In this document: piece after piece, positions 56,536 to 64,000 of the stretch
Position numbering within the stretch: position 1 is the first letter of the stretch
Layout of the letters: each line of letters starts with the position of its first letter
NCBI GenBank assembly: GCA_049297495.1
Contig: JBAQUL010000005.1
Coordinates: 3,868-67,867 of the forward strand
DNA: 64,000 nt
Source: Candidatus Moraniibacteriota bacterium
Lineage (GTDB): Bacteria > Patescibacteriota > Minisyncoccia > Moranbacterales > UBA2206
Direction: 5' to 3'
Notes under the pieces: generated by a model
Seen by the model: only the letters and a program-made list of their open reading frames with translations
What the model was told of the DNA's origin: nothing
Databases searched by the model: none
Position numbers and translations under genes: made by a program

Positions 56536-57542
56536 TATTTCGAAAGCATCATTGTCCTCTTATACATATCCAGATTCTCCAGAGCAATCCCAATTCCTTT
56601 GATCACACAATAAAGTGCGTCATCTGCCACATAACACGGGACACCGATGGTTTTGGTAATTAGCTGATCAAGGTTGCGAAGGAGCGCCCCGCCACCAGAA
56701 AGGACCATGCCTTTGTCCATAATATCGGCCGCCAGCTCCGGCGGAGTTTCTTGCAATACCTTCTTGATGGCATTGATAACTTCTCGCAGCTCGTCTTGAA
56801 TCGCTTCCGTTACTTCATTAGAAGAAATGCGTACCGTTCGTGGTAAGCCTCCGGTCAAATCACGTCCTCGCACATCCATATAATCTTCCTTCACTTGAGG
56901 CAAAGCCGAACCAATCTTGATCTTTACTTCCTCCGCTGTACGATCTCCGATCGAAAGACTGTATTTTCGCTTGATATAATCGGCAATGGCTTGATCAATC
57001 TTGTTCCCGCCAACCCGTGCGCTATGCGCGGAAACAACACCACCGAGAGACACCACGGCTACTTCTGATGTTCCTCCTCCGATATCAATAATCATATTGC
57101 CCGCGGCATTGTTTATTGGAATCCCCGCACCGATTGCCGCTAGAATTGGCTCCTTCACAACATAGGCCATTTTCGCTCCCGCTCTGATTGTCGCATCAAT
57201 CACCGCCCTTCTTTCCGTGGAAGTCACACCGGCTGGAATAGAAACCATCACTTCAGGACGAATCAAGCGAAATCTTCCGCTGACTTTATTGATAAAATAC
57301 TTAAGCATCGCCTCAGTTATTTTATAATCAGCAATCACACCATCACGCATTGGACGACTCGCCACGATAGTGTCTGGCGTTCTTCCGAGCATTTCTTTGG
57401 CCTCATTGCCAATCGCAAGGACCTTGTTCTCCAAGAGCGATATCGCCACTACGGATGGCTCATTGGAAACAATCCCCTTGCCAGGGACAAAAACTAAAAC
57501 ATTGGCTGTGCCCAAATCTATTCCTATTTTCCGTACAAGCAT
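56535..57542 (-). CDS. mreB: rod-shape-determining protein MreB
   Basis: 335 aa; IGIDLGTANVLV..., actin-like ATPase motifs. Confidence 0.9.
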   Translation of the reverse strand: MLVRKIGIDLGTANVLVFVPGKGIVSNEPSVVAISLLENKVLAIGNEAKEMLGRTPDTIVASRPMRDGVIADYKITEAMLKYFINKVSGRFRLIRPEVMVSIPAGVTSTERRAVIDATIRAGAKMAYVVKEPILAAIGAGIPINNAAGNMIIDIGGGTSEVAVVSLGGVVSAHSARVGGNKIDQAIADYIKRKYSLSIGDRTAEEVKIKIGSALPQVKEDYMDVRGRDLTGGLPRTVRISSNEVTEAIQDELREVINAIKKVLQETPPELAADIMDKGMVLSGGGALLRNLDQLITKTIGVPCYVADDALYCVIKGIGIALENLDMYKRTMMLSK

Positions 57543-57552
57543 GATAATTTCC

Positions 57553-58008
57553 TTATTTTAACTTAATATATTTTCCAGCTAGATAATTTTTAATTGTTTC
57601 TCTTGTTGTCTGATTAAGCTTTCTCGGAAGTCTTTCTAGACTAAACCATTCAACTCCATCACATTTTTCCGGTTCCCGATTTTTTGGTACACCCGATTTA
57701 ATCTTAGCCAAATAATTAAACGCCACCCAGTGCTGTTTATCTTTTTTAATAATATGATCAGTATGTGGCAGATATCCCCAGATATCAACAACTATACCCA
57801 CCTCTTCTTTAATTTCTCTCTTTAGAGCCGCTTCTACTTTTTCTCCATAATCGACTCCTCCTCCTGGCTTTGACCACAAACCATCTTCATTTCTTGTGCC
57901 CTTTCTCCTCGCAAGAAGAACCTCTTTCTTATCATTGAATATTAAAATTCCACCGCCAACTCCGATATAGTCTTTCCCAGCTTTTAGCTTAGATTTTTCT
58001 GTAAGCAT
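57553..58008 (-). CDS. NUDIX hydrolase
   Basis: 151 aa; Nudix box GGGVDYGEKVEAALKREIKEEVGI. Confidence 0.8.
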   Translation of the reverse strand: MLTEKSKLKAGKDYIGVGGGILIFNDKKEVLLARRKGTRNEDGLWSKPGGGVDYGEKVEAALKREIKEEVGIVVDIWGYLPHTDHIIKKDKQHWVAFNYLAKIKSGVPKNREPEKCDGVEWFSLERLPRKLNQTTRETIKNYLAGKYIKLK

Positions 58009-58017
58009 AGATTCAAA

Positions 58018-59292
58018 TTATTTACTACTTTTTTCAGCGATTCTTCTGATATCAGCGCCCAATTTTTGCAATCGCTCTTCAATTTTTTCATAACCTCTAT
58101 CCACCTGATAAATTTCCTTTATTGTAGTTTTACCTTCCGCAATAAGTGCTGCAATAATCAGTGTTGCGCCAGCGCGCAAATCAAAACTAGTGATCGTTTT
58201 ACCTTTTAGTTGTGTTGGTCCGCTGATAAGCACTCGATGCGGATCAAGAATTTTCGCCTTAGCCCCCATCTTCCTTAGCTCCCCTACATAGTTAAAACGA
58301 CTTTCATAGAGCGAATCATGAATAAGCGTCTCCCCTTCGGCTTGCGTAGCCAGAACACCAAAAGGCGCTTGAACATCTGAAGGAACGCCAGGATAAGTTC
58401 TTGTGTCCACCTTGGAAACCGCCTTTAGTTTTTTTGCCGGAATAACTTCAATAGCATTTTTGCTAATCTTGAAATCTGCTCCAAATTCACGTAATTTCTC
58501 CAAAACCAAATCAAGATGCTCCTCCCTGGCATTTTTCACCACAATATTACTCCCCGTCGTTACACCTAAAATAAGAAAAGTAGCTGCCTCATTAGCATCC
58601 GGAATAATCGTATGACTTGCTTTGTGTGTTTTTTTTGCGCCAGTAATTTCTAAGCTATGCGTTCCCAAGCCTTTAATTTTTGCACCAAGTGACACCAAAA
58701 ATCTTCCCAGGTCTTCAACGTGTGGCTCGCAGGCTGTCGCTTTGATTATCGTTTTTCCCGGAAGAGCAGCAGCGAGCATCATTGCATTTTCAGTCGCAGT
58801 CACAGACATCTCTCCCAATGTAAACCTTGCGCATCTTCTATTTTTTGCCACCACCGAATAGCCCTGCTCACTTTGCAAGATATCCACTCCCATCTTCCTT
58901 AAAGCTTCAAAATGTGTACCAAGAGGCCTTGCACCAATTACACAACCACCAGGACGATAAAACTCAAACTTATCAAAACGCGCACTAAGAGAGCCTAGAA
59001 GTAAAATTGAAGAACGCAACTTTTTCACCGTTACAAGATCGATCTTTCTTGGATCAATCTTCTCATTTTTAATACTAATTTTTCTTTTTCCCAACCACTT
59101 TATTTCCGATCCCATACTCGTTAATATTTCAAGCATGCGATAAACATCTTCAATAAGCGGAATATTGGAGATAATACATTCTTCCTTGGTAAGCAGTGTC
59201 GCAGCAAGAATCGGTGTTGTCGCATTTTTCGAACCACGAACCTCAATCTCCCCCTTCAATTTCTTTCCTCCTAATATTTCAAAAGTTTCCAT
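58018..59292 (-). CDS. murA: UDP-N-acetylglucosamine 1-carboxyvinyltransferase
   Basis: 424 aa; METFEILGGKKLKGEIEVRGSKNA..., catalytic Cys loop and EPT family length. Confidence 0.9.
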   Translation of the reverse strand: METFEILGGKKLKGEIEVRGSKNATTPILAATLLTKEECIISNIPLIEDVYRMLEILTSMGSEIKWLGKRKISIKNEKIDPRKIDLVTVKKLRSSILLLGSLSARFDKFEFYRPGGCVIGARPLGTHFEALRKMGVDILQSEQGYSVVAKNRRCARFTLGEMSVTATENAMMLAAALPGKTIIKATACEPHVEDLGRFLVSLGAKIKGLGTHSLEITGAKKTHKASHTIIPDANEAATFLILGVTTGSNIVVKNAREEHLDLVLEKLREFGADFKISKNAIEVIPAKKLKAVSKVDTRTYPGVPSDVQAPFGVLATQAEGETLIHDSLYESRFNYVGELRKMGAKAKILDPHRVLISGPTQLKGKTITSFDLRAGATLIIAALIAEGKTTIKEIYQVDRGYEKIEERLQKLGADIRRIAEKSSK

Positions 59293-59410
59293 TGATTTAG
59301 CTTTAAAATATTATATCTCGCCCATATATCGACTATACACTAAACAAGGCTTTAAAGCAACCTTTATTAGAAGAGACGCTCCATAGTGGAGCGTCTCTTT
59401 TTATAAATAC

Positions 59411-59557
59411 AGGACTTACGCGTTTGCCAAAAACAAGCTTCCCTATAGCCAAGATTGGCCTGGAAAATTTCAGCAGTCTCGAGAGCTAAAAGAAGCAAAA
59501 GCAAGCTCTGGGCAGTCATGCGCTTTGAAGATTGTTTTTGGTGAACGCGTAAATCAT
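59411..59557. mobile_element. MITE-like element copy 3
   Basis: AGGACTTACGCGTTTGCCAAAAA ... TTTTTGGTGAACGCGTAAATCAT; internal similarity to copy 2 (AAGCTTCCCTATAGCC.., GCGCTTTGAAGATTGTTTTTGG). Confidence 0.6.
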
Positions 59558-59569
59558 TAAAAACTAAAA

Positions 59570-60787
59570 TTAATTCATCACCCGCTCATAATTATCTGCC
59601 CAATATAGCACTTTTTCACCATAATTGACACCTTTTGAATCGCAATATGCTGACCAATTGCCACCAGCTAAATACACGCAATAGGCCTTGGCTTCAGCGG
59701 ATTTCTTATGCTCCTTTACGCCGTCAACCTTTGTAAGTTTTATAGCCATTGCCACAACACCATCAGTCAGATCCCAGGGATCAGGCGGATTATGCCCGGT
59801 CACTGAAGCAATTGAACTTTTGTACCCGGCCCAAGTATCGGACATAAACTGCGCCACACCCATTGCGCCACCAGTCCCCTTGTATCCGGAAGGTGGACAA
59901 GAAACTTTTCTTTTTTTCCATTCATAATCCAGCTCACTGCAAATAGTTTTAAATATCCCCAAGCGATAACTACTCATATTGCTTTTATCGGCAGTACAAC
60001 CACCAGTATATCTTCCCAGATTAGATTCTACCACCAAAACACCCAGCAGATAATCTTTTCTAATTCCCGTTTTTTTAGCAGCAAAGGCCGCTGCATCTGT
60101 CACATTCTTAAAGCTGACTGAACTGGATAATAAGCTCGATAATTCACTTTTCAATTTATCAATTTTGGCGTTAAGTTCCGACAATGTGGCTTGCGCCTCT
60201 TTAATGTCAGTTTTTATCTCTACTTGTTGTCCTTGCTGAATAGCCACTAATTTCTCATGATCTTCTTTTTTTTCAGCAAGCTCTTCTTTCGTCTTGGAAA
60301 CATCTTCTTTGGCCTTTTTAATCTCACCAAGAGTGAGCACTATCTTTTCTTTCACATTTAAAATTTGATCGAAATCTCCTGACATCCCATAATCCCTAGT
60401 ATCACCCAAAAGTAAGCCCGAAAGAGGGTCCTCGTCGGCATAATAAGCTTCGAGGATATAGCCCTCTAGTATTTCACGATTCAATTTTATTCGCTGATTA
60501 AGGTTGTTAACTTCAATCTCCTTTCTTCCGATTTCACTCTGCGTTTTTTGCAATAAATTTTTTGTCACCCCCAACTCCGCATTCTTTTTTTGAAGCAATG
60601 TTTGAGAAGTATTCAGTTCTTTTTTCACTTTCTCAGCCTTACTTTGCACTTTTTCAATATCATCCTTAATGTCTTCTGCATCATCTGCCGCAAAAGCCTT
60701 TTCCTGATAAATCTTAAAATCAAAAACAACTAACCAGACCACGAAAATGGCTAACGCTAAATTTTTTATTATTCTTTGATAATTCAT
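59570..60787 (-). CDS. coiled-coil protein with a C-terminal lytic transglycosylase (MltB/SLT_2-like) domain
   Basis: 405 aa; N-terminal TM segment, a long coiled coil, and a C-terminal ...GTGGAMGVAQFMSDTW... resembling the MltB G.MQFMP.TW motif. Confidence 0.55.
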   Translation of the reverse strand: MNYQRIIKNLALAIFVVWLVVFDFKIYQEKAFAADDAEDIKDDIEKVQSKAEKVKKELNTSQTLLQKKNAELGVTKNLLQKTQSEIGRKEIEVNNLNQRIKLNREILEGYILEAYYADEDPLSGLLLGDTRDYGMSGDFDQILNVKEKIVLTLGEIKKAKEDVSKTKEELAEKKEDHEKLVAIQQGQQVEIKTDIKEAQATLSELNAKIDKLKSELSSLLSSSVSFKNVTDAAAFAAKKTGIRKDYLLGVLVVESNLGRYTGGCTADKSNMSSYRLGIFKTICSELDYEWKKRKVSCPPSGYKGTGGAMGVAQFMSDTWAGYKSSIASVTGHNPPDPWDLTDGVVAMAIKLTKVDGVKEHKKSAEAKAYCVYLAGGNWSAYCDSKGVNYGEKVLYWADNYERVMN

Positions 60788-60883
60788 ACTTCGATATTAT
60801 AGCAATATTTGGAGAAAAATAAAAGTGAAGACAAAAAAAGCTCTGCCTCCACCAAAAAACTTCTACAAACTCCCATCTTCCAC

Positions 60884-61612
60884 TCAGGATTGCGCCAAAA
60901 TTAAGCGAAAACTCTTGATAATATCGTCCGCCTCGGAAAAAACAGCCTCGTCAAAATCATCAGGAATCAATTCTGTTTTGCTCTTTTCCACTGCGTCCAA
61001 CTTATCATACCGTGTATATACGAATACAAATCTAGCATTTCGCCCCAATTCCCGATCGTCATTATCACAAAGAGGAAACTGCCTATTCTTATCGCGACAC
61101 GTTTTTTTCGAGTTCTCCAAATCGGCTACTGGCACCAACTCTATCCGAAATATCTCACTATAATCTTCTTTTTTAACCTTTTTCATCTCACTATCAGAAA
61201 AGGGTAATCCAAAAGTAACCGCCGAGTTCATTCCCTTAGGAGAAATTTCCTTGACCGCAAACCGCTTGCCATCTTTTGGCATGAGCAATTCAAAACCCAA
61301 GTCCTTATTAGTATAAACAATCTCATTATTTACCGCTTGATTTTCAAGTGAGTTATTTCTCTTTTTCAATGCGTTTTTTTCAGGCGAACTTTTTGTGAAA
61401 TTTATAGATGAGCAACTTCTTATTTGTTCATTCAAATGCCATGCCCATCCGCTAAAAAAAATAATCACAACAACCACAGCTACTAATACAAAAACTATTG
61501 AAATATCCTTATTCATTTTTTCACCCAATCCCACTATTTCTTTTTTGGGCGGGATTTCTTTTGGCAGATTCAATGTGACTACTTTTTTATTTTTTTTGAT
61601 TTCTTTTTTCAT
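60884..61612 (-). CDS. membrane-anchored hypothetical protein
   Basis: 242 aa; single TM segment (ISIVFVLVAVVVVIIFF). Confidence 0.4.
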   Translation of the reverse strand: MKKEIKKNKKVVTLNLPKEIPPKKEIVGLGEKMNKDISIVFVLVAVVVVIIFFSGWAWHLNEQIRSCSSINFTKSSPEKNALKKRNNSLENQAVNNEIVYTNKDLGFELLMPKDGKRFAVKEISPKGMNSAVTFGLPFSDSEMKKVKKEDYSEIFRIELVPVADLENSKKTCRDKNRQFPLCDNDDRELGRNARFVFVYTRYDKLDAVEKSKTELIPDDFDEAVFSEADDIIKSFRLILAQS

Positions 61613-61720
61613 ACTTATATTATACCAAGAAAATCCATTTACGCAAGAGTCAATCAGAAAAGTAATTCAAATCATCTACGCAAATCCTATTTTTTTCTGA
61701 CACACAGTTCAATCCTAATG

Positions 61721-63922
61721 TTACGGGCAATTCTTTGTCCCCTGTCGCCGCTGGCAACCATCAAAACAAACAAGCTCTTTGCAGGTATGCGCAGCGCAAT
61801 CCGGATTATCTGGTTGACAGCTAGTTTTCGTATCTGAAATCACACAATTGCAATTCGTACAGCTTTTTCCTGCTGGACAAAGCTGCTCAATTCCGTCACA
61901 AGTCTCACCAGAATCAATCACGCCATTGCCGCATTTCTCATTTGATTTACACGCATAAATAGCACAACCGCTGCCATCCATTCCGGTTGTTATGATATCC
62001 GCCTCGCCACCTGGACAAAAATTCGCTCCGGGAAAATTATCGCATCCGGAAGTCTGAGCGGCGATTGTCGAAATCGTATCATCCGGATCGCCGTTGGAAA
62101 GCCAAGTAGCAGAAGCGTACCATTGCTTATAGCTGCCAACGTCAAAAACAGAGCCATATTGATATGTAGTCACTGTTCCTGATTCAGGACTGACTATATC
62201 AGGGAAATTGCCACGCAATATTTTCACATATAACCAGCCTCCTTCACTAATCATGGGGCTATAGCTAGATCGCCCTACCGTTATTACTCCTCCGGCATTT
62301 CTCGCATATTGAGTAGCTTCCTTTAATTGAGAAATTGAAGCCCCGCTCGTGGGCATACTATTATAATTTGGAATAGCTGAAATGTCAGGCAACTGACCAA
62401 ATCTTGCTGCAGTGGCAATTTGCGCCTCCCTAGTCATACCCAAAAGATCCAGCGAAGCCCGAACGGCGCCAGCAGGCACATATACCTTGAAACTATCTGA
62501 AATGGTTTTATCAAGAATATTTCTACTCAGACCAAGCTGTCCATTTTCAGGTAAGTTGCAAGATGTTTGTCCATAGCAATAAATCCGGGGGTCATTAATA
62601 TTATATTGCGCCTTATAGCCAATAAAATTGTCATAGCATTTACTCTCCCCGGCATTGCAGTTGATCACACCTTCATTATTGCAAGCTCCTGCGCTACAAA
62701 AATTAATTTTCTGCGGAGTCTGATGATACGATTCATAGCCACTATCATCAACCTTGGTTCGACAACTTGCTGTCGTTCCACTATTTGTTCCTGTGCAAGT
62801 CCAACTCCAAGGCCCCGCTCCCGTAACCGCAGAAGCTGTTCCAGTCGCACAAAGATTAGCAGTTGGAGCAGCCGAAGCCATTTTTCCGGCCGCACTGCCG
62901 CAGACACCATTTATGCCAACGGCACCAGTTGGCTTTTTAACCTCAATTCTAATCAAAGATGGTGTCCCGGGAAGACCATCAGATCTATTAGTCGGATAAA
63001 AACTGCAAACTTCAACGCCTGATACGCCGATATTAAACCAAGCAGGATAACCATCAGTAGCAGTTTTGGCAAAGGGAAATGAACCATTTTGGGCACCATA
63101 CCAATCCGTGCTGCTCAGAAAAAAAAGTGTTCGCGGGATAATCACCGGTCCATCGCAAGCCAAGTCTGTTTTTGAGGCGTCAGTAGAACTCCAAGTAAGC
63201 CAGGAAATATTAGCATCAGTTGGTTGATCTTTAATCGATACCGATTCAACAAGGCCGGGATTAGCTTTAGTAGCTATACCTGAGCAAGCCGCTGTTTTCG
63301 CACCGGGAATCCAGACTGTGCCATTCCAACAAGAATTGCCAAGACAAACCTTTTGATCACAGCCAGGACCAGTTGGAAGAGCTGGAGCAGCCACGCCTTC
63401 GCAAGTTCCATTGCACTCATCTGAGCAAACAGAGCCCATGGGAGTTGTCGTGGCGCAAGAGCAATTAGGCACGCAAGAAGAACTCGACTCATCGGGATCA
63501 CCATCAGAAAGCCAAGTGGCAGAATCATACCAGTTTTTGAAAGTGTCATAATCAGCAACACCACCAGAATTGCTATATAGCCATGGCTTAGAGCCATCGA
63601 AAGATAAAATTTTCACATACAACCAACCACCCTCAGCTAAAGTCGGAAAGTGCTGGTCAGCTGAAACTATCAATGGTTGTTGGCTAGCTCTGACAAACTG
63701 TTGCCCTTCTTTCAGTTCGGGAATAGTGTGTCCAGCTAAGTTTGCGCCAATGCCAGTGGAAAATTCATTCCAGGTAAGGCCTGCGGGCATTTCATATTCT
63801 GGAGGAGAACCAAATTTAGCCACCGCTCCCACCTGGGCATGATTAAAAACTTGAAATGAAACAGGAAAACTCTTTGACCCGGCCGGCACATAGAACTTAA
63901 TTTTATTCCCAACAAAATCCAA
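61721..63922 (-). CDS. Cys-rich secreted-type protein with an internal domain duplication; shares the ANLC..GPW.WTC module with the T4P-associated giants
   Basis: 733 aa; duplicated domain (..GGWLYVKIL..ATWLS(D/N)GDPD..) at aa 1-140 and again at about aa 470-600; ...PTANLCATGTASAVTGAGPWSWTCTGTNSGTTASC...; C-terminal Cys-rich region. No signal peptide at the annotated Met, so the N-terminus may be mis-called. Confidence 0.55.
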   Translation of the reverse strand: MDFVGNKIKFYVPAGSKSFPVSFQVFNHAQVGAVAKFGSPPEYEMPAGLTWNEFSTGIGANLAGHTIPELKEGQQFVRASQQPLIVSADQHFPTLAEGGWLYVKILSFDGSKPWLYSNSGGVADYDTFKNWYDSATWLSDGDPDESSSSCVPNCSCATTTPMGSVCSDECNGTCEGVAAPALPTGPGCDQKVCLGNSCWNGTVWIPGAKTAACSGIATKANPGLVESVSIKDQPTDANISWLTWSSTDASKTDLACDGPVIIPRTLFFLSSTDWYGAQNGSFPFAKTATDGYPAWFNIGVSGVEVCSFYPTNRSDGLPGTPSLIRIEVKKPTGAVGINGVCGSAAGKMASAAPTANLCATGTASAVTGAGPWSWTCTGTNSGTTASCRTKVDDSGYESYHQTPQKINFCSAGACNNEGVINCNAGESKCYDNFIGYKAQYNINDPRIYCYGQTSCNLPENGQLGLSRNILDKTISDSFKVYVPAGAVRASLDLLGMTREAQIATAARFGQLPDISAIPNYNSMPTSGASISQLKEATQYARNAGGVITVGRSSYSPMISEGGWLYVKILRGNFPDIVSPESGTVTTYQYGSVFDVGSYKQWYASATWLSNGDPDDTISTIAAQTSGCDNFPGANFCPGGEADIITTGMDGSGCAIYACKSNEKCGNGVIDSGETCDGIEQLCPAGKSCTNCNCVISDTKTSCQPDNPDCAAHTCKELVCFDGCQRRQGTKNCP

Positions 63923-64000
63923 TGGTGTAAAACTTTCCGGATTACTATGATTAGGATATGAATAATGCCATAAGTAGCCATGGTCACCAGCAAACGTCGT

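Noticed and set aside
56421-56663. 80-aa plus-strand ORF overlapping the inverted-repeat element and the mreB 3' end
   Set aside because: It overlaps the mreB stop region on the opposite strand and a structured non-coding element; it has no RBS and an odd composition.
1-64000. CRISPR arrays, rRNA genes, integrase or transposase genes
   Set aside because: No regularly spaced short direct repeats with unique spacers, no rRNA-like conserved blocks, and no recognisable recombinase ORF were seen. The repeats present are dispersed palindromic or TIR elements, not CRISPR.

Overview
Window of about 64 kb from an AT-rich bacterium with a small-genome gene repertoire; about 90% of genes are on the minus strand. 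The content points to a Patescibacteria/CPR-like organism, though that placement is an inference. Supporting observations are a complete type IV pilus (T4P) apparatus with no secretin, a LAGLIDADG homing endonuclease inside a tRNA cluster, tRNAs with encoded CCA, and giant Cys-rich surface proteins.

Housekeeping genes read directly from the translations: gyrB (partial), rubrerythrin, gatC and gatA, ligA, ftsQ, holB, mreB, a NUDIX hydrolase, murA, and three or four tRNAs.

The dominant feature is a T4P 'supercluster' in three parts:
- pilD, three pseudopilins and a 963-aa GspK-like Cys-rich protein (14.3-19.7 kb);
- two tandem major-pilin paralogs, then pilC, pilT, a CheY-like receiver, pilB, pilO, pilN, pilM, and a 1364-aa Cys-rich surface protein (27.2-39.9 kb);
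- between them, a glycosylation island (two methyltransferases, AsnB-like, GT4, DPM1-like GT2, GT-C).

Three dispersed repeat families are not explained by genes:
- GC-rich nested-palindrome elements of about 180 bp (899-1080; 10031-10209), the second lying between gatC and gatA, with fragments near the tRNAs;
- a MITE-like element of about 150 bp with 22-bp terminal inverted repeats in three copies (42.7, 49.6, 59.4 kb); the first two bracket a module containing a TraD/VirD4-like ATPase;
- an AT-rich 30-45-bp repeat (core TTTGACATTGGAAATTTGGATTTTGAAATT) that occurs three times in frame inside ligA and again intergenically.

ligA also carries a GC-rich in-frame insertion in its zinc finger. 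No CRISPR array and no rRNA gene were seen.
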